DNA of 64,000 nucleotides from Myxococcales bacterium. Its GTDB lineage: Bacteria; Myxococcota_A; Polyangia; Polyangiales; DASUME01. The translations under genes were made by a program, and so were the position numbers. The stretch lies in contig JASGJH010000001.1 in the NCBI GenBank assembly GCA_047601445.1, positions 2,048,001 through 2,112,000 of the forward strand, written 5' to 3'. The notes below the pieces were generated by a model. It worked only from the letters and a program-made list of their open reading frames with translations, made no database searches and was not told the origin of the DNA. This document shows, one piece after another, positions 19,874 through 29,613 of the stretch (the first letter of the stretch is position 1; the number at the start of each line of letters is the position of its first letter).

Positions 19874-21938
19874 GTGTCAGGGATGACTAGAACCAAATCG
19901 GCACGACCAGGCCCCCCTTTGGAAGCCCATCCCGGGAGTGCCCCACGGAGCAGCTTGGCAGGGAGTACTTGGAAACTGGTGGTTACCCCACTGAACGGGT
20001 CCACCGAAACGCTCGAAGTCCTGGTGGAGGCCGAGAACTGGCTCTCTGCGCTGCGTTTGGCGCGCAAGGAGCTCGGTGAAGAGGGCGGCATGCCCCCTGG
20101 CGCCAGCTGCGTGATGAGCGCGACGGGCGAAGTCACCATCCTCGATGCCGCCCAGCACCGCCGTTACGTGCTCACCCGGGGCTCCAACCTGCCACCCGCA
20201 CCGGTGGCTTCGGTACGCCCGAGCGCGGAACCCGCGCACCCTCCGGCAGACAATCAGCAGACTTGGTCTGCTCCCGCCCCCAGCCCGGCGCCCTCCGTGG
20301 GTCCGGCTCCCACCCCTGCTCGGCGCTCTGCGACGCTCGCGTACTCGCCCGAAGAGTCCGCCGAGGCACGCCGCCTCCTACTCGCTGCCCGCCCCGGCAT
20401 GGCGCCGGAGCAATCCGCTCCGCCCCCGACGAATCAGCCGTCCGTCGGTTTCCAACTCGCACGGCCCGAGCCTGTGTCGGCTGCGCCCGCCCCCCAGGCG
20501 CCCAGCGTGAGTCCCCAGGTCCCGGTCCCAGCCCCAGCCCCAGCCCCGAAGCGTTCGACAACCGTCGCGTACTCTCCGGAGGAGTCTGCCGATTTCAGGC
20601 GTCAGCTGCAGGCCGCGGCCCAGGTGCGCAACCAACAGCGCGCGGCCAGCGAACCTCCCCTGCCGCCGCCCGATGCCCCCGTGATGGCTCCGCCTGCTCC
20701 GCCTGTGCCCCCGACCGCGCAAGCACTGCCGCCCCAGCCGATGCAGCTGCCTGAGCCGCCAGTGGCCGGCAACTCGAGGAAGGCCACGGTCGCCTACCTG
20801 CAATCGCCGTTCTCGCCCGGCGGAGAGCTCGTGACGCTGCAGTCACGTGATGAGGGCCCGAGCGCCTCGTCACCGCTGACCTATCGCGAGCGCAGCTATT
20901 TCGCGCCCACCCCCCTCGACCCAGGCCGCCTCGAAGCGCTGCTGCGCAGCGAGCTCGAGAGCATGATGCGCGAACTCGCGAGCAGCGCCCGGGGCCAGTT
21001 CGTGAACCTGGCGGTCTTCGATCACGCGTTTCAAGGACGCCCTCAGCGCCCCCCCATTGCCACGCTGCAGTGGAAGGATTGGCGCGGTGCCCCGGTGTTC
21101 GCGATGGCAGGAGCCCAACCGCTTCCGTCGTGGCGCCCCACCCCGTCTGGTGCGCCCGTGGTGACCTCGTTTGCCCCACCGGCTGCGCCGGCTCCGCAGG
21201 TCACGTCGGTTCCCGTGGCGCCCGTGTCCGTGCCCATGCCCATGGCGCCTCCCGTTGCCCCGGTCGCATTCGCGCCCGCAGGCCCCTCCGCGCCGCATGT
21301 GCAGCCCGCAGCGCCGCACGTGCAACCGGCGCCGCCGCCCGCGGCGCGCGCCCCCAGCTCGCCGATCGTGACGCCCGCGCGGGGACTCCACGAGCCCGTG
21401 AATGAGTTCGGACACGAGCCCACCGGCGATCAAGAATCGGCGCTTGGCCATCGCCTTCGAAGCGAGCCAGGACCTGTACTTCCTCGGGACCCCTGTGGAA
21501 GGGCTCGAGTTCGCAGTGAAGCTCCTGTCGGATCTCGTGCCGTGCGACGCGGTGAGCGCCTGCATCTACGACATCAACACCGACGAGTTCCGCTTCGTGG
21601 CCCTCACGGGTCCCGGCGGCTCCGAACGCCGTGCCGAAGCCGTGCCCTCCACCGAGGGCCTCCTCGCAGCCGCCGTGCGCGCCGGCAAGGACACTTTCGT
21701 CGCCAGCAACGTCGAGAACGATCCGCGCTACGACCCTGCAGTCGATGGCCGCGTCGGACTGACGGTGGACACCATCGCCTATCTGCTGCTGCAAAAGGGC
21801 GACAACCTGCTCGGCATTTTGCAACTCATCAACCGCAGGAACCGCACTGGCTTCACCGACGCCGATATGGCGGTGGCGGGCTATCTGTCGTCGCAGGTCG
21901 CGGAGTTCTTGCAGGCGCGCCGCGGCGGCCGGCGCTGA
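19874..21938 (+). CDS. Pro-rich multidomain protein with C-terminal GAF domain (frameshifted at about 21435)
   Basis: ORF 19874 joins ORF 21402..21938 if one A is removed (reads EPTGDQDRRLAIAF). GAF motifs NVENDPRYDPAVD, LLGILQLINR, FTDAD. Confidence 0.75.
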
Positions 21939-21939
21939 C

Positions 21940-22455
21940 TCATTTCGCGTCGAGCAGTGCGCTGATCTCACGCTCCAGGGCTTCGGCATCCGAAGCCTTG
22001 AAGCCCGCGTGAACGTGGCGCACCAGGCCGCGTCGGTCGATGAGATACGAGGACGGCATCTTCTGAGGTGCGTAAGCCGAGGCCACGCTGCGGCCGGCAT
22101 CGTGCAGCACCGGGAAGCTCAACGGAGAGCGCCGCAAGAACTTCTCGGCGTTCGCGCGCTCCTCGTCCTGGTTGATGCCGACGACCTCGAACCCACGTGC
22201 TTTGTACTTCTTGTACAGGCCCTGGAGCACCGGCAGCTCCTGCTTGCAGGGCGCACACCACGAGGCCCAGAAGTCCACCAACACGACCTTCCCGGAGAGC
22301 GAGCCCCAAGCAAAGCTCTTGCCCGACAGATCCTTGAGCGCAATGGGCGGAGCCTTACTGCCCGGGCCCAGCGCATGGGCGCTCAGCGCAAAGGCCGCGA
22401 TCATGAGCATGGAGAGCATGGGGAGCACGAAACGACGCAGGTTCATCGGCTGCAT
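21940..22455 (-). CDS. TlpA-family thiol-disulfide reductase
   Basis: VLVDFWASWCAPCKQELP and MPSSYLIDR; signal peptide. Confidence 0.92.
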   Translation of the reverse strand: MQPMNLRRFVLPMLSMLMIAAFALSAHALGPGSKAPPIALKDLSGKSFAWGSLSGKVVLVDFWASWCAPCKQELPVLQGLYKKYKARGFEVVGINQDEERANAEKFLRRSPLSFPVLHDAGRSVASAYAPQKMPSSYLIDRRGLVRHVHAGFKASDAEALEREISALLDAK

Positions 22456-22577
22456 AGGGTACTCGATCTGCGACGCCCCTCGGGCGCCCAGATTCACCGG
22501 GCCCGCCGCGCAAACCTCGTGCACGCCGCGCACCCAGACGCCCCTACATCACAGCGCGAGGCAGCCCACGCCCGTCG

Positions 22578-23453
22578 CTACTCGCCGAGTTCCTCGCGCA
22601 GATACTTGCCGAGGTTCTGTAGCGACTCCTGGTACTGGTGGCCGTCCACGAACAGCGTCGGGGTGCCCTCGATCTTGACGCGGGCCCCTTCCTGCTTGTC
22701 TTGGGCCACGCGTGCGCGCACGGCGTCGGATGCGACGTCGGCGTCGAACTTGGCCATGTCGAGCCCCACACTCTGCGCCAGCTCGCGGATCTTCTCGGGG
22801 CTCAGCTCGCGCTGGTGCTCGAACAGCTTATCCGCCAGCTCCCAGAACTTGCCCTGCTTGCCGGCGGCCACGGCCGCGAGCGCGGCGGGCATCGCGTTCT
22901 TGTGTCCGTCGAGTGGGTAGTTCTTGAAGACGAGGTTCACCTTGCCATCGAACTCTTGGAGGATGCCGCTCAGCACCGGATGCGCCGCACCGCAGTGGGG
23001 ACACTCGAAGTCGCTGAACTCGACGATGGTCACCTTGGCCATCGGAGCACCGCGCACCGGCGAGTCCGACAGATCGAGCGCGACCTTCTTCTTGGCGTCG
23101 AAGCGCGCCGAGAACAGCTCCTCGATCTCGCGCTTTTCGTAGCCTTCCGACACCAGGCGCACGAGGTAGCGCGCCGCTGGCACGCAGCTGCTACAGGAGC
23201 GCGCTTCGGAGACGCATTGCGCCACACTCACCGGATCTCCGCACGGCGAGAGCTGCTCGTTCACCAGGTCGACCCAGGTGCGACGCTCGCCATCGGTCAG
23301 TCCGCCGGTCTCGACCTGGGGCAGCTTCTCGATTTTGGCGGCGCTAGCGCTGGTTTGGCCGGGTCCGGGATCTTTGCCGCCGTTGCAACTCGCTCCCAGC
23401 GAGAACAGGCCCAACAAGGCCAAGACCAGAAATGGGAGCGTAGGCGAGCGCAT
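22578..23453 (-). CDS. DsbA-like thioredoxin lipoprotein
   Basis: Lipobox GASC; extra Cys-rich N-domain; VEFSDFECPHC and cis-Pro GTPT loop. Confidence 0.88.
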   Translation of the reverse strand: MRSPTLPFLVLALLGLFSLGASCNGGKDPGPGQTSASAAKIEKLPQVETGGLTDGERRTWVDLVNEQLSPCGDPVSVAQCVSEARSCSSCVPAARYLVRLVSEGYEKREIEELFSARFDAKKKVALDLSDSPVRGAPMAKVTIVEFSDFECPHCGAAHPVLSGILQEFDGKVNLVFKNYPLDGHKNAMPAALAAVAAGKQGKFWELADKLFEHQRELSPEKIRELAQSVGLDMAKFDADVASDAVRARVAQDKQEGARVKIEGTPTLFVDGHQYQESLQNLGKYLREELGE

Positions 23454-23514
23454 GGTGGCGCGGATGCTAGCAGCGGGTAAATCCGAGCGCAAAACTCGAA
23501 AAGCGAAGGGTTAC

Positions 23515-23769
23515 TCAGCTTTCGCTGTATGTGACGAGTTGTTCACGGATGACATCTTCCGTCACCCCCACCTGGATGTATTCCTTCAGCACGTCAGCCA
23601 GCGCGAGAAGCAGATCGTCGATTCCCTTGTCCTCGATGAGCTTGGCGAGCAGAGCCCGCGACTCACGACTGTCATCCTCGCGCAGGAATTGCCGCACCTG
23701 GTCCATGGCGATGTCGCCACGAAAATCGATGTAGGCGTTTTCCAAGAGATACCGAACTAGTTCCCTCAC
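23515..23769 (-). CDS. Small acidic helical hypothetical protein
   Basis: 84-aa ORF, GTG start preceded by GGGAGGG RBS, coding-like codon usage. Confidence 0.7.
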   Translation of the reverse strand: MRELVRYLLENAYIDFRGDIAMDQVRQFLREDDSRESRALLAKLIEDKGIDDLLLALADVLKEYIQVGVTEDVIREQLVTYSES

Positions 23770-23971
23770 GAGGGCCCTCCCTACGGGACAACGTTGTCAC
23801 TCAGTGCAGGTTTGTAGACCCCCCGCTCCCTGCGGCGCAAGGGGATTCCTAGTTTGCACCGGGCGCCCCATTTGCGCCCGTTTTAAGCAGGACCTTCGCT
23901 CGGATAGGCGCTGCACGAGGGGCCGCGGCGCGATATGACGAGGCGGCCCACGTGGAAGGACTCCGACCGGG

Positions 23972-24649
23972 ATGTTGAACGACTCCTTGCTTGAGCGCGC
24001 ACTGCGCTGGCTTTTGGGCCATATCGGCGAGGCCCAAGTGCTCTCGGCTCGTCGTCAATTCGAGGAGGCCACGGGCCCTATCCTCGAGGGGGCCCCCGAC
24101 TACGAATCCCGGATCGCGCATTTTTTCGAACAGTATTTGTGCGGAGCGGCGCAGGGGGAGCGAGCCCCGCTAGGACGCTTCGCCGAGCAAGCTCCCGAGC
24201 TCTCGCAAGAGGATCGCACCCAGTTGGCGGGCTGGCTGCGCAGCCATCGCAGCCTGTTCGCCTTCGAGGGCTGGGAGCCGGAGTCGCGCCTGGGGCGAGT
24301 GCGTGACCTTTGGTTGGGTGGGACGTATCGGGTGTGCGGCCGGCCCGAGGACCGGCAGCTTGCGCAAGGCGATCGCTTCGATGGGCGCCTGATCGCCGTC
24401 TCGGGCAGCCTCTGGCTAAGCCCGGGACGTGTGTTCCATCCGCGGGCGGCGCACGGTGCCATCGACGAGCTGCTGCAGGGCATCGGCGAGGGTCGCAGCG
24501 ACACGGCGGGCTTCCTGAATGGGTTGTTGCGCATGCGAGCCCGCTACTATCAATTCGAGAGCATCCGCGCGGAGCACGTGTATCGGCTCGATGCGCTGCC
24601 CGAACCAGCGTTTGCAGCTCCCTGGGCCAGTCCGGCTAGGCGTCGCTGA
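23972..24649 (+). CDS. Hypothetical protein
   Basis: 225-aa ORF filling the gap before rnpB; no motif recognised. Confidence 0.6.
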   Translation: MLNDSLLERALRWLLGHIGEAQVLSARRQFEEATGPILEGAPDYESRIAHFFEQYLCGAAQGERAPLGRFAEQAPELSQEDRTQLAGWLRSHRSLFAFEGWEPESRLGRVRDLWLGGTYRVCGRPEDRQLAQGDRFDGRLIAVSGSLWLSPGRVFHPRAAHGAIDELLQGIGEGRSDTAGFLNGLLRMRARYYQFESIRAEHVYRLDALPEPAFAAPWASPARRR

Positions 24650-24702
24650 GCACCGCCCCCGAGAGCCTTCGAGGAGGGGCCGCTACGACTTGGCGAAAGT
24701 GC

Positions 24703-24743
24703 AAAAGCCGAGCTCCCCGCACCGGTGGGTGCGAGGAACTCGG
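24703..24743 (-). terminator. Rho-independent terminator of rnpB
   Basis: On the minus strand, a 16-bp stem (two G-U pairs) followed by CUUUUGC, immediately after the rnpB 3' end. Confidence 0.8.
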
Positions 24744-25140
24744 GCCAAAGGGCCGATAAGCCGGGTTTTGTTCCTGCCGTTCGTCACCGAACGACGGGTG
24801 GCGATCATTCATCTAGGGCGTCCGTTGCCGAACGCCTCGAGCGACGATACCCGGAAGCATCGGGCGGGCCGCCCTCGAACGCTTCCCTATTCCGTCTTGC
24901 TCCGGATGGGGTTTGCCGTGCGACCTGCGTCGCCGCAGGCCCGGTGAGCTCTTACCTCACCGTTTCACCCTTACCGCGCGGATCCTTGCGGAAGAGCACG
25001 GCGGTCTGCTTTCTGTGGCACTTTCCTCGGGGTCGCCCCCACTCGCCGTTAGCGAGCATCCTGCCCTGTGGAGCCCGGACTTTCCTCCCGCATCCCTTGC
25101 TTGCGCAAGCGACGCCGGCGAACGCCTTAGCCGCTTTGGC
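24744..25140 (-). ncRNA. rnpB: RNase P RNA (bacterial type A)
   Basis: Reverse strand has GAGGAAAGTCCGGGCTCC, GGAAAGTGCCACAGAAA, GGTAAGGGTGAAACGG, GGCAAACCCCATCCGGAGCAAG and AACAAAACCCGGCTTA. Ends pair (GCCAAAG/CTTTGGC). Confidence 0.97.
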
Positions 25141-25184
25141 GGCGCAAGTGTGATGCCAGAGCCGGGCCCAGCAAGTCGGGAAAT

Positions 25185-26481
25185 TTGCCGAGCCGAACCC
25201 CGCTGTCTAGCGTCCAGCGGGTGTTGAGCAGGATTACGTCCTCGCCGAGCCTCCGACTGGGTTCCGCAGGTCTCTTGTGGGCCATGGCGATCGCGTGCGA
25301 TGGGGGCCCTCAGCCCTCGGCCGCCGACGCGAGAGTCCCTGTGCTGCCGCGCTCGACCGAAGCTGCGGCCCCTCGCGCGGAAGCGGCGAAAACCGCGCGT
25401 TCCGACTCGGCCCCGACGGCTTCGACCGCTTCTCAGGGGGCGCCACGGGCCAAGCAGGAGATCTCGATCCCGGCAGGCGTGCTGCGCCTCGGCAGCCCCA
25501 CTGGCAGCCCCGACCGCAACCCCAGCCGCGAAGCCGACGACATCCCGCGCGACGTGCCCGCGTTTCGAGATCGATGCCCTGCCCTACCCGAACGATCCGC
25601 AGCTTCCAGCCCGTCGAATGGTGACCCGCAGCGAGGCCAGCGCCCTGTGCGAGGCCGAAGGCAAGCGGCTGTGCAGCGAGTTCGAGTGGGAGCGTGCCTG
25701 CAAGGGCGACGAGGGCCGCGAGTATCCGGGAGCCCCATTCGACGCCAAGAAATGCGCTCAAGACGGGACGTCCTGTGCCTCTCCCTTCGGTGTCTTCGCG
25801 CTGGGAACGCTCGGCCGCGAATGGACCGAAAGCCGCGCCGGACGCGGAGTCGGCGACGCGCTGCGCAATGCCGTCGTGCGGGGGGCCGGCAGCGAGGCGC
25901 CCGCCAGCGCCCACCGCTGTGCCGCGCGCGACGCCGCGACGCCCGACAGCAAGAGCGAGTCGTTGCTCTTCCGATGTTGCCGAGGATCCAAAACCGACCT
26001 GGTTTACCCCGAAGAATCGACAAGCGAGCCATTCCGGGAACAGGCCCTGACCAGCGAGCAATTGAAGACGCTACTCGCGGGCATGCCCGAGACGCAACGC
26101 TGGGCCGACGACTTCCGTCCTTTTTCCGGGGAGCAAGTAAGCCAACGTCTGTCAGCTTCGGGACGCTCGCAAACCTCGATCGCGCCTTGGGTGCTGGCGC
26201 CGAAGGGGCTCGCCTGGTCGCCGCTGCACGGGGAACAACTGGGCGTTGTCGCAGGGGACACGTCGGCGGGAGCGCTGTTGGTTGTCTACTACCAGGAAGC
26301 CTCAGGGAAGCTGCGCTTCGGAGCCAGCTATCAGACGCGCGGCGAACACGACGCGATCCTCGTGGCCTACAAGCCGGATGTTCCACGCGAGGTGTTGTTC
26401 AGCACCTGTTGGGGATGCGGTGGCGAAGGCGGAGCCATCGAGTTGGGGCCGGACACGCGCGTAAGGATCTCCCAGCGCTGA
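25185..26481 (+). CDS. Formylglycine-generating-enzyme (SUMF1/FGE-sulfatase) domain lipoprotein (frameshifted at about 25564)
   Basis: GKRLCSEFEWERACKG, SPFGV...LGREWT, LLFRCC. The N-terminal ORF with lipobox AIAC joins ORF 25300..26481 if one T is removed. Start uncertain. Confidence 0.75.
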
Positions 26482-26550
26482 GCGTCCATGGCCGGGAATC
26501 GGCTTAAACAGGGGTTTGCTGCGGGCGAATTAGCGCGGAATCTGTGAGGA

Positions 26551-28809
26551 GTGGCCCGTTCTCCTTTTGCTCGCCCGCGCGTGCAGTGTCTGGCGCTGCT
26601 CTCGATTTGGACCCTCGCCTGCGACGGCGCGCCTGCCGCGCCTGCCGCTCCCGCAGCCCGGACCACGGAGTTCGCCGCGGCGAACCGTACTCCTGGCGCG
26701 AGCGGAGCGGAGGCCGATGACGCCGAACACAGCGTGCGCGGAACCGAACAAGGTCTGATCGGCGGGACCTTCTTCGACGACGCCATGGTCGAAGAAAACG
26801 GGGCCTCCGTGCCCGGTTGCTCCGACGACGACAAGGCCATGTTCCGACAGATCATGACGCTGGGTCGGACCGTCGCGCTGGGCTCGGCGATCCGTGACTG
26901 CGTACGAATGATCCTGGTGCAGGGCGATGGCACCTTCGGGCCCTACCATACCTGCCCGAGCGACCCTTACGTGCGCGACTCTATCGAGCAGCAAGTCCAG
27001 GGCGTGCTCGATGTCTTGACCACGCCGAACCCGGTGAAGATCACCTGCACGACGGGCAACATCGGAGTCACCCGGGTCGCCGGTCGACATGATCTACCTG
27101 CCCAGATCCACGAGCCGTTCGAGATCCCCAACCCGCCGCTCGATCAGCTCTTCGATGCCGACTGGTTGAGCGCCGGCGGCGGCTCCGGCTCTGCGACCCG
27201 CGAAGAGCTCGACTTTCGTGCGCGCATCTTCTTGATCGCGCCGCGCTCGGCGCTGGTGTGGCACGAGGCGATGCACGTCCATGCCTATCGCCACGATTGC
27301 CCGAACCAAACCTACTTTCAGAGCGTGCCGTACATGGTCCAGTACTGCCTGCAGCAGGTGGCCCAGAAGTCGGTCGATCGCTGCGACATGCGCGGAGGCT
27401 GCGCCACGGGAGGCGAGCGCGCCATCATCGATAGCTATCCCGTGACGGCCGACACGGGCTGCGAGTGCCTGCGTGATGCCGTCTCGCAGGGAAAGACGGA
27501 TCTCCCGGCCACGCCCATCCTGGATACCAGCGAGCCCGGTGATCGCTTCGGCGCCGCGCTCGCCGCGGGCGACTTCAACGGTGACGGCTTCGCGGATCTG
27601 GCCGTGGGTGCGCCTGGCGAGGATGGCGCGAGCGGCAAGGTGTTCGTGTACCTCGGGTCCGTGCTCGGGTTGTACGCGGAACGAGTCATCGACCAATCCG
27701 AGCTCGGTCAAAACGAGGCCGGCGACGAGTTCGGGACGAGTCTGGTGGCGTTCGACCTCGATCGAGACCAGCTCGACGACTTGGTGGTCGGAGCGCCTGG
27801 CGAAGATCTCCAGACTGGCGCGGTGTATCTGTTTCGTGGAACCCGTGATGGCCTGACGGCGCAGGTGGCGCTCGGCGGCAAGGCGCAGACTGCGTTCGGC
27901 GCGGGCTCTCGCTATGGAGAGGCCCTCGCGGCGAGCACTTTCCTCGACGTCACTCGGCCGGTGCTCGCGGTGGGCGCACCCGGTCTGAAAGGTGGCAAGC
28001 AGGCAGGCACGGTGCATCTCCTGCAAGGAGCGGACGTCGATCAGGCACTCGTCACCGGCCTGGCGACCTTGCAACCAGCGGCACCCGCCGGACACCCAGG
28101 CGATCGCTTCGGCGCCGCGCTGGCTTTCGGCAGCCTCGCGAGCGCCACGCCCGCGGCCCTGGCGGTGGGCGCACCCGAAGCGACGGGAGGAGGTGCGGTC
28201 TACGTGCTCTTGCCGCTCCAATCGAGCACCGTGGTCGTAAACGCAAGGTTGGAACCCAGCTATGCGCTGCAGTCCGGCTCCGGAGAGCCAGAAGGCTTCG
28301 GGCGGGCGTTGGCGTTCGGGCGCGCGGCTGGGCCCGGCACCCTGCTGGTCGGCGCGCCACGCGCAAGCGCGAGCAATCTGGACGACAGCGGACGAGTCTA
28401 TCTGTGGCGTGCCTCCTCTGCGGACGCCGCGCTGCTGCACACCCTCGACGGCGACGCGCAGGGAGGGCAACTCGGGAGCGCGCTGCTCGCGACCGGCCGT
28501 TACCAGGTGTTCGACGAGTTCCTCGCCAGCGCGCCCTTCAGTGACCACGCGGCGGTGAAGCTCGCGAAGGCAGCGTTCGACGAGGAGGCGCTCGATTTCC
28601 GGGCACAGTGGGGCGCGGCGCCGGAAAGCACTGGCCCCATGGCATTTACGCGCGGCGACTTCGACGGCAGCGGGATGCTCGACTTGGTGGTCGGCGTGCC
28701 GGATGAGCCGGCGACATCGCGCGGCCCCGTGGGCGGCTACATCGAAGTCTATCGTAGGACCGACGACGGCAGCTGGGCGCCCTGGGGACACTACCGACAA
28801 GGCGAGTGA
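26551..28809 (+). CDS. Lipoprotein with zincin-like N-domain and FG-GAP/integrin-alpha repeats
   Basis: LAC lipobox; HEAMHVHAYRH; repeated FG-x-x-L-A...D-x-D-G-x-x-D-L-x-VGAP units. Confidence 0.8.
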   Translation: MARSPFARPRVQCLALLSIWTLACDGAPAAPAAPAARTTEFAAANRTPGASGAEADDAEHSVRGTEQGLIGGTFFDDAMVEENGASVPGCSDDDKAMFRQIMTLGRTVALGSAIRDCVRMILVQGDGTFGPYHTCPSDPYVRDSIEQQVQGVLDVLTTPNPVKITCTTGNIGVTRVAGRHDLPAQIHEPFEIPNPPLDQLFDADWLSAGGGSGSATREELDFRARIFLIAPRSALVWHEAMHVHAYRHDCPNQTYFQSVPYMVQYCLQQVAQKSVDRCDMRGGCATGGERAIIDSYPVTADTGCECLRDAVSQGKTDLPATPILDTSEPGDRFGAALAAGDFNGDGFADLAVGAPGEDGASGKVFVYLGSVLGLYAERVIDQSELGQNEAGDEFGTSLVAFDLDRDQLDDLVVGAPGEDLQTGAVYLFRGTRDGLTAQVALGGKAQTAFGAGSRYGEALAASTFLDVTRPVLAVGAPGLKGGKQAGTVHLLQGADVDQALVTGLATLQPAAPAGHPGDRFGAALAFGSLASATPAALAVGAPEATGGGAVYVLLPLQSSTVVVNARLEPSYALQSGSGEPEGFGRALAFGRAAGPGTLLVGAPRASASNLDDSGRVYLWRASSADAALLHTLDGDAQGGQLGSALLATGRYQVFDEFLASAPFSDHAAVKLAKAAFDEEALDFRAQWGAAPESTGPMAFTRGDFDGSGMLDLVVGVPDEPATSRGPVGGYIEVYRRTDDGSWAPWGHYRQGE

Positions 28810-28845
28810 GGGAGCGCGCACCAGGCTTCTGCTAGCCTCTGGCAC

Positions 28846-29601
28846 ATGAAGCTCGTGCGCATTCAGACCTCGGCCGGCCCTCGCTACGCGTACGCCCGCG
28901 CGGATGGTGACTTCGATCTCTTGGGCGCCGCCCCATGGCTGGGCGGCGAACGCACGGGCGAGACCTTCCAGGCGCCAGGCGTGCTGCTGACCCCGGTCGA
29001 CCCGAGCAAGATCGTGTGTGTGGGCCGCAACTACGGGGCCCATGCGCGCGAGCTCGGCAACCAAGTGCCCGACGAGCCCCTGCTCTTCCTCAAGCCCCCG
29101 ACGGCGCTGTGCGGCCCGGACACGGCCATCGAGCTGCCCGAGATGAGTGCGCGCGTCGAACACGAAGCCGAGCTCGGTGTGGTGATTGGAAAGCGCCTCA
29201 AGCATGCGAGCATCGACGAAGTACGCGAGGCCATCTTCGGGCTCACCTGTGTAAACGACGTGACGGCGCGCGACCTTCAGCGCAAGGAAGTGCAGTTCAC
29301 CCGCGCCAAGGGCTTCGACACCTTCTGCCCCGTCGGCCCCCACGTGGAAAGCGAGCGCCTCGACCTGACGAACCTCAGCGTGTCCGCACGAGTCAACGGG
29401 GCACAGCGCCAACACGGCAACACTCGGGACATGGTCTTCCCGGTGCTGGAGCTCGTGTCCTTCATCAGCCGCGTGATGACGCTGCTACCAGGCGATTTGG
29501 TCTCCACCGGAACGCCCGAGGGCGTGGGCCCGCTCGCGCGCGGGGACGTCGTGGAGATCGAAGTCGCTGGAGTCGGCGTCCTGCGCAACACCGTGCGCTA
29601 G
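28846..29601 (+). CDS. Fumarylacetoacetate hydrolase family protein
   Basis: KIVCVGRNY, EHEAELGVVIG, NDVTARD, RAKGFDTF and TGTPEGVG motifs. Confidence 0.93.
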   Translation: MKLVRIQTSAGPRYAYARADGDFDLLGAAPWLGGERTGETFQAPGVLLTPVDPSKIVCVGRNYGAHARELGNQVPDEPLLFLKPPTALCGPDTAIELPEMSARVEHEAELGVVIGKRLKHASIDEVREAIFGLTCVNDVTARDLQRKEVQFTRAKGFDTFCPVGPHVESERLDLTNLSVSARVNGAQRQHGNTRDMVFPVLELVSFISRVMTLLPGDLVSTGTPEGVGPLARGDVVEIEVAGVGVLRNTVR

Positions 29602-29613
29602 CCGTCACCGGCT

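Noticed and set aside
24519..25227. Short ORFs over 24.5-25.2 kb
   Set aside because: They overlap the RNase P RNA gene on the opposite strand.
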